Assembly: GCA_044229975.1 (NCBI GenBank)
Contig: JBGARZ010000022.1
Coordinates: 89,537 to 153,536 of the forward strand
Direction of reading: 5' to 3'
Source: Polyangiales bacterium
Lineage (GTDB): Bacteria > Myxococcota_A > Polyangia > Polyangiales > Ga0077539
Length of the DNA stretch: 64,000 nucleotides
Part shown: piece after piece, positions 28,272 through 38,909 of the stretch
Numbering within the stretch: position 1 is the stretch's first letter
Layout of the letters: each line of letters starts with the position of its first letter
Made by a program: the position numbers and the translations under genes
The notes under the pieces: generated by a model
What the model was told of the DNA's origin: nothing
The model's database searches: none
Seen by the model: only the letters and a program-made list of their open reading frames with translations

Positions 28272-29384
28272 TCAGTCGAGGCAGCACAGCACGCCACCCG
28301 CGGCCGAGCCCGGCTTCACGACGAGGTCGCTCTCACGCAGCCCGGCGGGGTCGCCGTCGCAGCGCCACGGTGGCCGAAGCGCGGAGCAGAGGTTCTGGCT
28401 GAAGCGGTCGAGCGGGCCGCACGACGAGGCTTGCGGGACATCGCCGAGCGTTCCGCAGCCGAAGATGTCGTTGCTGGTGCGGTCGGTCTGCGCGCAGCCG
28501 GGGCGGCAGTCGTTGCTGCCACAGGTGGTGTCGCTCCCACTGGCGCAGTGGCCGCAACCGGGGCCCGTCTGGCGCGTCGCGTAGAACGTGTTGGCCTCCG
28601 CGTCGCGCGCGCCACCACACCCGTCGGGCGAGTGAACAGAGACGTCCAGCGTTCCGCGGCACACGTGCCAGCCGGGCGCGCAGAGGTCGGTGGCGCTGCA
28701 CCCGCGGCCGGTTGGGTTGGGGCCGTCGTCTCCCGCGCCGCGCGCGCAGGTGGGCGACGATTCGCGGGAGAGCCCGGCGTTGGTGAAGCCGCCCGCGCAG
28801 CCCGCGATGACGGGGTGGCTCACGCGGTCGAGGAAGGCGTCGCGCTGGCCGTCGGCGCACCCGCCGCAGTCGGTCGCGGGGAAGACGCAGCCGCGCGCGG
28901 GCTCGCAGCGGTTGGCGGTGCAGGGGTCGCGGTCGTCGCAGACGATGGCGTCGTGGAGGCAGCCGCGCGCGGGCTCGCAGCGGTCGGTGGTGCAGAGGCT
29001 GCGATCGTCGCAGTCGGTGACGGTGGTGAAGCAGCCGCGGTCGGGCGAGCAGCGGTCGTCGGTGCAGGCGTTGCCGTCGTTGCAGGTGACGGTGCCGTGG
29101 GCGCAGCGGCCGTCGGGCAGACACTGGTCGGTGGTGCAGAGGTCGCGGTCGTCGCAACGCGACGGGTCGACGAGGCAGCCGGGGTCGAACGAGTCGGGTG
29201 GGGAGAGGTCGATGGGAGGCATGGGGACGTCGAGGACGGTCGGGACGTCGAGGACGGTCGGGACGTCAAGGATGGTCGGGACGTCGGGGATGGTCGGGAC
29301 GTCGGGGTCGACGCGCAGGGCCGTGCGGGCGCCGCAGGCCGACAGGGTGAGCGCCAGCGCGAAGTAGTGGAGAGGACGGTTCAC
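28272..29384 (-). CDS. Cysteine-rich lipoprotein with Dictyostelium-type CxDxxxCTxDxC repeats
   Basis: Lipobox LSAC, DVPT linker repeats, and CDDRDLCTTDQC-type repeats x4. GTG start overlaps the upstream stop. Confidence 0.85.
   Translation of the reverse strand: MNRPLHYFALALTLSACGARTALRVDPDVPTIPDVPTILDVPTVLDVPTVLDVPMPPIDLSPPDSFDPGCLVDPSRCDDRDLCTTDQCLPDGRCAHGTVTCNDGNACTDDRCSPDRGCFTTVTDCDDRSLCTTDRCEPARGCLHDAIVCDDRDPCTANRCEPARGCVFPATDCGGCADGQRDAFLDRVSHPVIAGCAGGFTNAGLSRESSPTCARGAGDDGPNPTGRGCSATDLCAPGWHVCRGTLDVSVHSPDGCGGARDAEANTFYATRQTGPGCGHCASGSDTTCGSNDCRPGCAQTDRTSNDIFGCGTLGDVPQASSCGPLDRFSQNLCSALRPPWRCDGDPAGLRESDLVVKPGSAAGGVLCCLD
29224..29303 (-). repeat. 18-bp coding tandem repeat (DVPT[IV][PL])
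   Basis: About 4.5 copies of GGGACGTCGAGGACGGTC on the + strand. Confidence 0.85.
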
Positions 29385-31030
29385 GGCGCGGCGCTGACGC
29401 GCTGCTCGGCGAGCTCGTTGAGGTAGCACTCGAGGTCGGTGTAGCCCGCGACGCAGCCTGCGACGCCGTTGTCGGGGCGCGCCGCGAGGATGCCCAAGCC
29501 CGCGCCGGGGCACGCGGGGTCGAGGCCGTGGGCGGTCTCCCACTCGTCGGGCATGCCGTCGTTGTCGCGGTCGACCGGAGGCGTCGGAGCGGTGGTGAAC
29601 GAGAGACGCAATCCGTCGCCGCGGTCGACGCCGCTGCCGCCCGACCACGAGGCGGGGCGCGCCTCGACGGAGCCCGAGAGGTAGCCAGCGAGGCGGGTGT
29701 CCATCGGGTCGCGCGGGAAGGCGCCCGTGGTGCGCTGGAGCAGCGCCTGGAGCTCGCCCACCGGGGTCACGGTGATGGGCGGCTGACCGAGGCGCGCAGG
29801 GCGCGAGGCGAGCGAGAGCGTCGCGTTGGTGCTGCGGGTGCCGACGAACATGCGGTTGTCCGTCCAGTACGCCGCGTTGGAGCTGTTGCGGTTGAGCTCG
29901 TTGGCGAACATCGGCAGGTCGCCGATGGACGCGCGGCGGTGGAGGATGTTGCCGACGAAGTTGAGGTCGAGGAGGAAGTTGCGCGCCGAGGCCGAGCAGT
30001 CGTTGCCCTCGTTGGTCCCGGTGCAGCGGTTGTAATAGACCGGGTCGCTCGCATCGAAGAAGACGTTGTTGCTCACCTCGATGGAGAGCCGCCGGCCCGA
30101 GCAGTTGGAGGTGCCGGGGCCGTCGCCGTTCTCCTCGCAGGTGATCTCCGGGAGGCGGCCGGCGACGCCGTTCCAGACGTTGTGGTGGATGGAGAGGTTG
30201 GCGAGGGGGAAGCGGTCCTTGGAGTAGTTGATGAGCAGTCCGCCGTAGCGGTAGTGGTCGCCGATGGGCTCGGCGATCACCGAGCGCTGCACGGTGATGT
30301 TCTGCGAGCGCGAGACCTCCAGGTTCTCGTCGCGGGCGCCCGCGAAGGAGACGTGGTCGATGATCACGCGGTTGGCGCCCGACAGGCGCACGTTGTCGTC
30401 GCCGCTGTTGCGGAAGCGCATGTGCCGGATGACGACGTTGTTGCAGTCGTTGGGGTCGTAGACGTTCTCGCAGTACATCCCGCCGCGCACGAGGATGCCA
30501 CCCGGCGAGGTCTGCCCCGCGATGGTGAGGTTGCCGCGGGTGATGGTGAGCGGGCCGGTGATGATCCCGCTCACGCGAAACACCACGGTGCGCGTCCCGG
30601 TCGCCTGGAGGCACGCTTGCAGCGTCCCGTTGCCCGCGCCGTTGAGGGAGGTCACCAGGCAGACGCGACCGCCGCGGCCGCCCGTCGCCGCCGCGCCGTA
30701 GCCCTCGGCGCCCGGAAACGCCGGCACCTCCTGCGCCGCCGCCGCCGGACCCGTCGCGCACCCGGTCGGCACCACGACGTCCTCGGTCGGCACCTCCGGA
30801 ACGTCCTCCTCCGGCTCGACCCCGACATCGGGGAGGGGTTGGTTGCCGAGGTCCGCGGGTGGTCGTCCGTTGTCGATCGGCGGTCGCCCGTTGTCGGTGG
30901 GCGTTCGTCCGAGGTCGGTGGGCACCCGCCCGCCGTCGAGCGCGTCGACGCCGCCGAGGACCCCTTCGCATCCAAGCGTGACGAGGGCGAGGAGGGGAAT
31001 GACGCGGTGAGTCGCTGCGAGACGTTGCAC
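29381..31030 (-). CDS. Pectate lyase (PL1-like) lipoprotein
   Basis: AFPGAEGYGAAATGGRGG, TIAGQTSPGG, IIDHVS, DEN, RLP, and C-terminal DRDNDGMPDEWE...YTDLECYLN. Start approximate. Confidence 0.85.
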   Translation of the reverse strand: MQRLAATHRVIPLLALVTLGCEGVLGGVDALDGGRVPTDLGRTPTDNGRPPIDNGRPPADLGNQPLPDVGVEPEEDVPEVPTEDVVVPTGCATGPAAAAQEVPAFPGAEGYGAAATGGRGGRVCLVTSLNGAGNGTLQACLQATGTRTVVFRVSGIITGPLTITRGNLTIAGQTSPGGILVRGGMYCENVYDPNDCNNVVIRHMRFRNSGDDNVRLSGANRVIIDHVSFAGARDENLEVSRSQNITVQRSVIAEPIGDHYRYGGLLINYSKDRFPLANLSIHHNVWNGVAGRLPEITCEENGDGPGTSNCSGRRLSIEVSNNVFFDASDPVYYNRCTGTNEGNDCSASARNFLLDLNFVGNILHRRASIGDLPMFANELNRNSSNAAYWTDNRMFVGTRSTNATLSLASRPARLGQPPITVTPVGELQALLQRTTGAFPRDPMDTRLAGYLSGSVEARPASWSGGSGVDRGDGLRLSFTTAPTPPVDRDNDGMPDEWETAHGLDPACPGAGLGILAARPDNGVAGCVAGYTDLECYLNELAEQRVSAAP

Positions 31031-31059
31031 GGCGGCGGAGCCTACCACCCGTCGCGGGA

Positions 31060-32526
31060 TCAAGGCTCGACGGCGTCTTCCCAACGATGATGGACGATGC
31101 GTCGGGTGGCCGCGGCGTCGGCCAGGTGGTGGTCGACGGCGACGGAGTGGTCCGGGTCGGGGCAGCGCTCGCGCAGGGTGACGAGCTCCTCGGCGGCCGT
31201 CGGGTGGATGCCGATGGTGGCGTCGAGCTGTGCCTTGGTGGCGCCGAGGCGCAGGGCGACGGCGAAGCCCTGGACGATCTCGCCCGCGTCGGCGCCGAGC
31301 ACGTGGACGCCGAGGACGCGGTCGGAGTCGCGCTCGACCACGAGCTTCATCATGGTCTTCTCGGCGCGGCCGGTGAGGGTGTGCTTGAGCGGGGTGAAGG
31401 TCGATCGGTAGATGTCGATGGCGCAGCCCCGGGCGCGGGCTTCGTCCTCGGAGAGGCCGACGGTTCCGATGGGCGGCGACGAGAACACCGCCGACGGGAT
31501 GAGGTCGTAGTCGGGTCGTCGCGCGGCGCCGCCGAAGAGGTTCTGCGCGACGATCATCCCTTCGGAGAGCGCGACGGGCGTGAGCTGCACCCGATCGATG
31601 ACGTCACCCACCGCGTAGACCGACGGCGCCGACGTCCGGAAGCGCTCGTCGACGCGCACCGCACCGCGCTCGTCGACCTGCACTCCCGCGGCGTCGAGCC
31701 CGAGGCCCGCGGTGTACGGCTGGCGTCCGACGGCGACGAGCACCGCGTCGACGACGAGGGTATCGCCGGTGGTGAGCGTCGCATCGAGCGCGCCGTCCGA
31801 TCGCTTCACGAGCGAGACCACCTCGGCGCGGTGCCGGAGGTCGATGCCCTGGGCCTTCATCTCGCTCGCGAGGTGGGTGCGAACGTCGCGGTCGAAGCCG
31901 CGCAGGAAGAGCGCGCCGCGGGTCGCGAGGGTGACGTGCGCGCCGTAGCCGTGGAAGATGCCGGCCATCTCGACGGCGATGTATCCGCCGCCGACGATGA
32001 GCAGCCGATCGGGCCGCGCGGGGAGGCGGAAGACGTCGTCGGAGATCATCGCGAGCTCGGCGCCCGCGAAGGTCGGACGCACCGGCAGACCCCCGGTGGC
32101 CACCAGAACGTACCGTGCCGTATGGCGGGTGACGGTCCCGTCGGCGGCGGTGAGGGCGACGGTGTGGGGGCCTTCGAGGACGGCGCGGCCGAGCATCACG
32201 TGGACGCCGCGCGAGGTGAGCAGGCGCTGGTAGACGCCGTTGAGGCGGACGATCTCCTTGTCCTTGTTGGCGATGAAGCGGGCCCAGTCGAGGGTGGGCT
32301 CGCCGACGTCCCAGCCGTAGGCGCGCGCGTCGTCGATGTCGGCGCGGAGGTGGGCGCCGTACGAGAGGAGCTTCTTGGGGATGCAGCCGACGTTGACGCA
32401 GGTTCCGCCGAGGTGGCGCTCTTCGGCGACGGCGACGCGGGCTCCGAGAGCGGCCGCGATGCGCGACGCGCGAACGCCGCCCGAACCGGCGCCGATGACG
32501 AAGAGGTCGAAGTCGTAGGTGCTCAT
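31060..32526 (-). CDS. gor: Glutathione-disulfide reductase
   Basis: GAGSGG, GGTCVNVGCIPKK, GGGYIAVE, QLTPVA and GIHPTAAEE. Confidence 0.92.
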   Translation of the reverse strand: MSTYDFDLFVIGAGSGGVRASRIAAALGARVAVAEERHLGGTCVNVGCIPKKLLSYGAHLRADIDDARAYGWDVGEPTLDWARFIANKDKEIVRLNGVYQRLLTSRGVHVMLGRAVLEGPHTVALTAADGTVTRHTARYVLVATGGLPVRPTFAGAELAMISDDVFRLPARPDRLLIVGGGYIAVEMAGIFHGYGAHVTLATRGALFLRGFDRDVRTHLASEMKAQGIDLRHRAEVVSLVKRSDGALDATLTTGDTLVVDAVLVAVGRQPYTAGLGLDAAGVQVDERGAVRVDERFRTSAPSVYAVGDVIDRVQLTPVALSEGMIVAQNLFGGAARRPDYDLIPSAVFSSPPIGTVGLSEDEARARGCAIDIYRSTFTPLKHTLTGRAEKTMMKLVVERDSDRVLGVHVLGADAGEIVQGFAVALRLGATKAQLDATIGIHPTAAEELVTLRERCPDPDHSVAVDHHLADAAATRRIVHHRWEDAVEP

Positions 32527-32609
32527 GGCTGTTGGGGAGAGGCGTACCACGGCCCTTCCCGGTGACGGCAGCGGGCCCTACCGTCGGGCGGTTCGAGCGG
32601 GAGACAGTC

Positions 32610-33638
32610 ATGAAGATCATCGTCGTTGGAGGGAGCGGGCACCTCGGGGCGCTCGCGGTGAAGGCGCTGCGGCGCGATGCGTCGATCACGGTGCTGACGG
32701 CCGGGCGTCGTGCGAGCGGTGAGGGCGCGGTGCGCATCGACCTCGCCGACCCTGCGACCTTCCCGGTGGTGGACGGCGCCGACGTGGTGGTCGACGTGGC
32801 GGACACCACGACCACGCGCCCCGACGCGCTGGCTGCCTATTGCCAGAAGCGGGGCGTGACCTTCCTCGAAGCGAGCTCCGACCGCGACGCGATGGCGCGC
32901 TTGCTGAAGCTCGACGCGGGCGGCGGTGACGGCGCGGTGGTGCTCGGCGCGGGCATCTTCACAGGGCTGTCGAACCTGCTCGCGGCCGCTGCCGCGGCGA
33001 AGGTGAAGGGCGCGCGGTCGGTGACGTGGGCGGTGCGAACGACGCCGTTCTCGGGTGCTGGTCGCGGCACCGTGGCGCTGATGGCGTCGGTGCTCGCGCT
33101 GCCGACGGTGCGCTACGAGGGCGGTCGTCGGGTGGAGGGTCCGCCGGTGCTGCCGGGGCCACGGATGGCGTTTCCATCGGGGGAGGAGCCGACGATCGAG
33201 GTTCCGTTTGCGGAGTCGGAGATGTTGCACCGGAGCCTCGGGGTGGACGTGCGGGTGGCGATGTCGCCGTACCCCAACCTGTTGCAGCGGGTCTTTTTGT
33301 GGACGCCCGTGAGCGTGCTGCGGAGCCGCTGGTACGGGTGGCTGATGGGCAGGTACTTCAGCGTGCTGCGGCGGGTGTTGCTGGCGGGGAGGGCGACGCC
33401 GACGGAGATGGTGGTGCGCGTCGAGGGTGGGGGCGGCGAAGCAGCGACGATGACGCTGCGCGCGGACGACGGGATGCGCGCGGGCGGTGTGGCCATCGCG
33501 GCGATCGCGCGGGCGCTGGCGGCGAAGAGGCCGAGCGCCAGCGGGGCCGTCACCGTGGACCAGGTGATGACGCTGGAGGAGGCATTGTCGGGGATGGAGG
33601 CGCTGTCGGAGGGGCGTCGCGAGGTGGTGGTGGCGTGA
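32610..33638 (+). CDS. Saccharopine dehydrogenase-like NAD(P)-binding protein
   Basis: [13 protein letters not shown]ossmann motif and [12 protein letters not shown]. Confidence 0.7.
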   Translation: MKIIVVGGSGHLGALAVKALRRDASITVLTAGRRASGEGAVRIDLADPATFPVVDGADVVVDVADTTTTRPDALAAYCQKRGVTFLEASSDRDAMARLLKLDAGGGDGAVVLGAGIFTGLSNLLAAAAAAKVKGARSVTWAVRTTPFSGAGRGTVALMASVLALPTVRYEGGRRVEGPPVLPGPRMAFPSGEEPTIEVPFAESEMLHRSLGVDVRVAMSPYPNLLQRVFLWTPVSVLRSRWYGWLMGRYFSVLRRVLLAGRATPTEMVVRVEGGGGEAATMTLRADDGMRAGGVAIAAIARALAAKRPSASGAVTVDQVMTLEEALSGMEALSEGRREVVVA

Positions 33639-33693
33639 GCGGGTCGCTGCCTATCACCGCGAGCCGGCGTTGCAGTCGTCGGCCCCATCGACG

Positions 33694-34713
33694 ATGAATG
33701 CGCCCGCCATGACCACCCCACAGCAAGACCAGCGCGTCCCGGTGACCGTGCTCACCGGCTTCCTCGGCGCGGGCAAGACCACGCTCCTCAACCGCATCCT
33801 CACCGAGCACCACGGCAAGCGCGTGGCCGTGATCGAGAACGAGTTTGGCGAGGTGGGCATCGACCAGGCGCTCGTCATCCGCGCCGACGAAGAAGTCTTC
33901 GAGATGAACAACGGCTGCCTCTGCTGCACCGTGCGCGGCGACCTCATCCGCATCCTCGGCTCGCTCGCGAAGCGCCGCGATCGCTTCGATCACGTGCTGG
34001 TCGAGACCACCGGGCTCGCCGACCCCGGACCCGTGGCGCAGACCTTCTTCGCCGACGACGAGGTGGTGGCCCGCTATCGGCTCGACGGCATCGTGACGGT
34101 GGTCGACGCGAAGCACCTCGGGCTGCACTTCGACGACAGCCGGGAGTGCCGCGAGCAGATCGCCTTCGCCGACGTGGTGATCGTCAACAAGGTCGACCTC
34201 GTGGGCGACGACGAGGCCGCGCGGGTCGAGCGCCGGGTGCGCGGGGTCAACGCCGTCGCGAAGGTCTACCGCGGGGTTCGTGAGGTGGAGGTCGCGCGCC
34301 TCATCGACGTCGGCGGCTTCGACCTCGACCGCGCCCTGGAGGTGGAGCCGCACTTCCTCGACGCCGAAGAGCACGGGCACGACGACCATGACCACCACGA
34401 GCACGATCACCAGCACGACGAGACGGTGACCTCGGTGGGCATCCGCTGCGACGGCGAGGTCGAAGAGGCCCGCTTCAACGACTGGATCACCGAGCTCGTG
34501 CAGGAGCGCGGCGCCGACATGTTTCGCACCAAGGGGGTGCTCAACCTGAAGGGCGCGGAGAAGCGCTTCGTGTTCCAGGGGGTGCACATGGTCATCGACG
34601 CGACGGAGGGTCAGGCCTGGGGCGATGCGCCGCGGCGCAACGAGCTGGTGTTCATCGGTCGGGGTCTCGACCGCGCGGCGCTCAACGAGGGGTTTCGCTC
34701 GTGCCTGGTCTGA
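33694..34713 (+). CDS. COG0523/CobW family G3E GTPase (metallochaperone)
   Basis: [32 protein letters not shown], His-rich [15 protein letters not shown], and CobW_C domain. Confidence 0.95.
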   Translation: MNAPAMTTPQQDQRVPVTVLTGFLGAGKTTLLNRILTEHHGKRVAVIENEFGEVGIDQALVIRADEEVFEMNNGCLCCTVRGDLIRILGSLAKRRDRFDHVLVETTGLADPGPVAQTFFADDEVVARYRLDGIVTVVDAKHLGLHFDDSRECREQIAFADVVIVNKVDLVGDDEAARVERRVRGVNAVAKVYRGVREVEVARLIDVGGFDLDRALEVEPHFLDAEEHGHDDHDHHEHDHQHDETVTSVGIRCDGEVEEARFNDWITELVQERGADMFRTKGVLNLKGAEKRFVFQGVHMVIDATEGQAWGDAPRRNELVFIGRGLDRAALNEGFRSCLV

Positions 34714-35750
34714 TCAAGCTGCGAGGCGGCAAGCGCGAGCTCAAGGCGCGCTGGCGGGCGCGTCTGTCGGAGTACGCGCTCGGCGTGGCGTGGTCGGCGG
34801 ACGGGCGCTCGCTCGCCGCGGCGACGACGGCGGGCGAGGTGACGATGTTCGACGGTGACACGGGGGCCGTTCGATGGACGCGACTCGTGTGCGCAGAGGG
34901 GTTGAGCGCGCTCGCGTCTGGTCCGGGCGACGTGCTGGCGGTCGGCGCGATGGACGGCACGGCGCGGCTGCTCGCGGCAGCCGATGGTCGGGAGCTCGCG
35001 GCGCTGCCCAACGGCAAGGCGTGGGTCGAGCACGTCGCGTGGAGCCCCGACGGAAAGTGGCTGGCGACGGCCGCGGGCAAGGTGTTGCGCTTGTGGACGT
35101 CGGCGGGTGAGCCGTGGATGGAGACGCCCGCGCAGGCGAGCACCGTCACGGGCGTGGCGTGGCGCGGCGACGGCGGTGAGGTCGCCACCATCGGCTACGG
35201 CGGCGCTCAGTTGTGGGGCATGGCCGAGCGCGGCAGCAGCCGTCAGTTGGAGTGGAAGGGCTCGCTGGTGAGCGTGGCGTGGAGCCCCGACGGCGCGGTG
35301 CTCGCGTGCGGGAGCCAGGACTGCTCGGTGCACTTCTGGCGCGTGGCGACGGACGTCGACTCGGAGATGAGCGGGTACCCGTTGAAGGTGAAGTCGCTGG
35401 CCTGGGACGGGGCGAGCAGGCTGCTCGCGACGAGCGGGGACGTCGACGTGACGGTGTGGAAGTTCGAGGGCGCCGGCCCCGAGGGGAGCGAGCCCGTGAC
35501 GCTCAAGGGGCACGACGGCCCCGTGACGACGCTGGCGTTTGCGCGCAAGGGAGAGGCGCTGGCCTCGGGCGGCGCTGATGGCGTCGTTGCGCTGTGGGAG
35601 CCGCGACGCGGGCCGACGCCGCGAGGCGCGGGCTTCGGCGAAGCGGGGACGGAAGTGGCCGAGGTGTCGGGCCTCGCGTGGCGCGCGGACGGCAAGGCGC
35701 TGGCGAGCGCCGACGGCGCGGGCGCGGTGACCGTGTGGTCGGTGGGGTAG
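34701..35750 (+). CDS. WD40 repeat protein
   Basis: Repeated AWSPDG and LASG...V.LW units; overlaps the COG0523 stop. Confidence 0.9.
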   Translation: MPGLIKLRGGKRELKARWRARLSEYALGVAWSADGRSLAAATTAGEVTMFDGDTGAVRWTRLVCAEGLSALASGPGDVLAVGAMDGTARLLAAADGRELAALPNGKAWVEHVAWSPDGKWLATAAGKVLRLWTSAGEPWMETPAQASTVTGVAWRGDGGEVATIGYGGAQLWGMAERGSSRQLEWKGSLVSVAWSPDGAVLACGSQDCSVHFWRVATDVDSEMSGYPLKVKSLAWDGASRLLATSGDVDVTVWKFEGAGPEGSEPVTLKGHDGPVTTLAFARKGEALASGGADGVVALWEPRRGPTPRGAGFGEAGTEVAEVSGLAWRADGKALASADGAGAVTVWSVG

Positions 35751-35753
35751 CGG

Positions 35754-37052
35754 CTACAAGCCGACGACGGGGGTGGGGACGACGCGGCGCTCGGTGGTTC
35801 CGTCGCCGAGCTGTCCCTGGTCGTTGAAGCCCCAGCAGAGCACTTCGCCGTTGGTGCGTCGGGCGCAGGTGTGGTTGAGCCCGGCGACCACCTCTCTCGC
35901 GTCGGGGAGGTTCGTCGTCCGCGTCGGGATGAGCTCGTCGGTGCGCGACCCGTCGCCGAGCTGCCCGAGGCCGTTGCTGCCCCAGCACACGACCTGGCCG
36001 CCCACGAGCCGCGCGCAGGTGTGGTTGCTCCCGGCCGTAAGGCCCGCCGCGTCGACGATGCTGCGCACGTTGACGGCCGAGGGCCGTGGGATGCGCGAGC
36101 CGTCGCCGACCTGGCCGTTGGTGTTGGAGCCCCAGCAGAGCACCGTCCCGTCGCCTCGACGGGCGCAGACGTGAAACTGGCCCGTGGTGATCTCCGTCGT
36201 GTCTTCCAGGCCCATGACCGGCGTCGGCCGGAAGCGCATGAAGCCTCCGGAGGTGCCGTCCCCGAGCTGGCCCTCGAAGTTGCGACCCCAGCACAGGACG
36301 CGCCCCGAGGTCAGCCGCGCGCACGAGTGCGAGAAGCCGGCGACGACCTGCACGGCGTCGGTGATGCCGACCACCGTGACCGGCAGGAAGCGGGTGCTGC
36401 CCGGGGTGTCGTCGCCGAGCTCGCCGGAGGTGTTGCCGCCCCAGCACGCGACCTGACCCGACCTGCGTCGTACGCACGTATGGTTGTGCCCGCCCGCGAC
36501 CTGGACGGCGTCGTTGAGCCCGCTCACCAGGACCGGCGTCGCGCGGTCGCGGCGTTGACCGTTGCCGAGCTCGCCGTGCTCGCCGAGGCCCCAGCAGAAC
36601 ACCAGCCCGTCGCGGCGCACCGCGCAGGTGTGCTCCTCGCCGGCGGCGATGGAGACGGCATCGGTGACGCCCTCCACGGCGCGAGGCTCGGTGCGGCGAG
36701 GGCCCATGGTGCCGTCGCCGAGCTGCCCGACGCGGTTGGAACCCCAGCACAGGACGACGCCCGACGAGCGCAGCGCGCAGCTGTGCGAGCCGCCCGCCGC
36801 GAGCTGAACGACGTCTCGCGGGATGGGAACATCCGGCACCAGGGGGACGTCGGGCACCGACGACGCGTCGACGACGGTCGGGACGTCGGGCGCGGTGAAG
36901 ACGTCCTGGGTGTTCGCGTCGTCGGTCGCGGCGTCGGGGCGGTCGGCGTCGAGCTCGCCATGGAGGGGCGTGCGCGACCCGCAGGCGGACAGCACAAGGG
37001 CGACGCCGACCGTCGCGAAACGGGCCGGAAGGGAGGGGCGTCGGGCTTCCAT
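35754..37052 (-). CDS. RCC1/BLIP-II repeat lipoprotein
   Basis: Lipobox LSAC and seven AG..HTCA...G.V.CWG.N..GQLGDG repeats. Confidence 0.9.
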   Translation of the reverse strand: MEARRPSLPARFATVGVALVLSACGSRTPLHGELDADRPDAATDDANTQDVFTAPDVPTVVDASSVPDVPLVPDVPIPRDVVQLAAGGSHSCALRSSGVVLCWGSNRVGQLGDGTMGPRRTEPRAVEGVTDAVSIAAGEEHTCAVRRDGLVFCWGLGEHGELGNGQRRDRATPVLVSGLNDAVQVAGGHNHTCVRRRSGQVACWGGNTSGELGDDTPGSTRFLPVTVVGITDAVQVVAGFSHSCARLTSGRVLCWGRNFEGQLGDGTSGGFMRFRPTPVMGLEDTTEITTGQFHVCARRGDGTVLCWGSNTNGQVGDGSRIPRPSAVNVRSIVDAAGLTAGSNHTCARLVGGQVVCWGSNGLGQLGDGSRTDELIPTRTTNLPDAREVVAGLNHTCARRTNGEVLCWGFNDQGQLGDGTTERRVVPTPVVGL

Positions 37053-37105
37053 GGAGGGTGCGCGCGATCTAACAGAATGGTGCGAGGGCGGACAGTTCGA
37101 CGGTC

Positions 37106-38503
37106 TCAAGGGTGGTAGCGGGCGCCCGTGCTGGCGACGCTGGTGCCCTCGTACCCGCCCCACACGATCATCTCGCTGCCCGTCCAGACCGCACTCGGGG
37201 AGGTGCGACGGGTGGGGGCACCGAGGGTCGGTAGGAGCGTCAGGCGCGACGTCGCCGGTGCGAAGGCCGCTCCTTCGTTGAGGTAGACCTCGGGACCCGA
37301 ACCCGTCGATCCGCCCCACACCATCATCGCGGTGCCCGTCCACACCGCGGAGTTCGACTTCACGCTGCGGCTCGTCGGCGTGTCGAAGAGCGTCCACGCG
37401 TCGCGGGCCGGGTCGTACACGCCGCCGTCGTGGCGCTCGGCGCCGCCGAGGTCGGCACCCCCGCCGCCGCCCCAGACGATCATCGTGGTGCCGGTCCAGA
37501 CGGCGCTTGCGCCCAGGCGGGCGGCCGGAGCGCCCGTCGCCGTCACGGCGCGCCACGCGTCGCGTGCCGGGTCGTACGCGGCGCCGTCGGCCAGCGTGGA
37601 GGTCGAGCCGCCGCCCCAGACGATCATCTCGGTACCCGTCCACACCGCCACATGGGCGTTGCGGGGGCCGGGCGCGCCGGTCGTCGACAGGGCGGTCCAG
37701 CGGTTGAGCGCCGGGTCGTAGCGGCCGCCCGTGTTGTAGCGGGTGCCGCCCGAGGAGATGCCGCCCCAGACGATCATCTCGGTGCCGGTCCACACGGCGG
37801 AGTGACCCGACGAGCGGGCGGGCGGCGCGTTGACCGATGAGATCGACGACCAGGTGTCGGTCTCCGGGTCGTACGCCTCACCGGCGGAGTCCGAGTCGTT
37901 CGGGCGTCCGCCCCAGACGATCATCCGGGTGCCGGTCCACACGGCCGAGTGTCGGGCGCGGGCGCGGGCGCCGACGGTCGACGCCAGGCTCCACGAGTCG
38001 GTCGCCGGGCGATAGCTGGCCGCGGTGGACATCCGTGCCTCCCCGGCGAACGCGTTCTCCCCGCCGAACACGATCATGTGCGTTCCGGTCCAGACCGCGG
38101 TGTGTGCACGACGACCGAGGAAGCCCGCGGGCGCGGCCATGGGGCTCCACGCTCCGACTCCCGCGTCGGCCGCGTCGGCCGCGTCCGTCATATCCGTTCC
38201 GATGTCTGGAGTGAACACGTCCACGCCAGTGTCGATCGACACGGGAGCGTCGAAGGCGGGCGCGTCCACGCCAGCGTCCACGATGGCGACTCCCACGTCG
38301 TGCGCCGCATCCAACCGTACGTCGGTCGCGGCGCCTGCATCGAGGGGCCGACCGGCGTCGATGGGCGCGTCGACGGGTACATCCGCGAGAGAGCCCGTGT
38401 CGGCTCCTGCATCGACGGCCAGGTCACCGGCGGGCGGCGTCTCGCTGCAACCGAGCAGCCCCGAGAGAGCAAGAGCGATGAAGATCCATGAGCGGTCGCG
38501 CAT
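37106..38503 (-). CDS. Kelch repeat lipoprotein
   Basis: Lipobox LLGC, DAG-rich linker, and six AVWTG..MIVWGG...YDP repeats. Confidence 0.9.
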   Translation of the reverse strand: MRDRSWIFIALALSGLLGCSETPPAGDLAVDAGADTGSLADVPVDAPIDAGRPLDAGAATDVRLDAAHDVGVAIVDAGVDAPAFDAPVSIDTGVDVFTPDIGTDMTDAADAADAGVGAWSPMAAPAGFLGRRAHTAVWTGTHMIVFGGENAFAGEARMSTAASYRPATDSWSLASTVGARARARHSAVWTGTRMIVWGGRPNDSDSAGEAYDPETDTWSSISSVNAPPARSSGHSAVWTGTEMIVWGGISSGGTRYNTGGRYDPALNRWTALSTTGAPGPRNAHVAVWTGTEMIVWGGGSTSTLADGAAYDPARDAWRAVTATGAPAARLGASAVWTGTTMIVWGGGGGADLGGAERHDGGVYDPARDAWTLFDTPTSRSVKSNSAVWTGTAMMVWGGSTGSGPEVYLNEGAAFAPATSRLTLLPTLGAPTRRTSPSAVWTGSEMIVWGGYEGTSVASTGARYHP

Positions 38504-38651
38504 CGGGGGGACGGATATCACGGCGTCACTCGCGGCCGACGGTTCGGGCGTCGAAACAGCGCGTCGCACTGACGCGCGGCGCGGCCCCCAACGAAGGACG
38601 CCGTCGCGGTCGATCGCAACCGCCGCCCCGCCCCACACCCGCGAGCTACCG

Positions 38652-38909
38652 CTAGCGCCCGTATCGCACCTTCATCGCCACGATGAGCAGCGCCAGCACC
38701 AGCGTCACCGCGTTGGCCACGACCACCGGCCACCCGCGCACCATGAGCCCGTACACCAGCCACAGCGTCACGCCCGCCGTGAACACCGCGTACATCCCCA
38801 GCGACACGCCGCTCACGTTGCGCGTCCGATAGATGAGCCACGCCTGCGGGACGAAGCTCACCGTGGTCAGACACGCCGCCACGTACCCCACCAGCTCGAC
38901 GAGCGTCAT
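38652..38909 (-). CDS. SemiSWEET (PQ-loop) transporter
   Basis: 85 aa, three TM helices, TTVSFVPQ, GVSL, LWLVYG and AN motif. Confidence 0.92.
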   Translation of the reverse strand: MTLVELVGYVAACLTTVSFVPQAWLIYRTRNVSGVSLGMYAVFTAGVTLWLVYGLMVRGWPVVVANAVTLVLALLIVAMKVRYGR

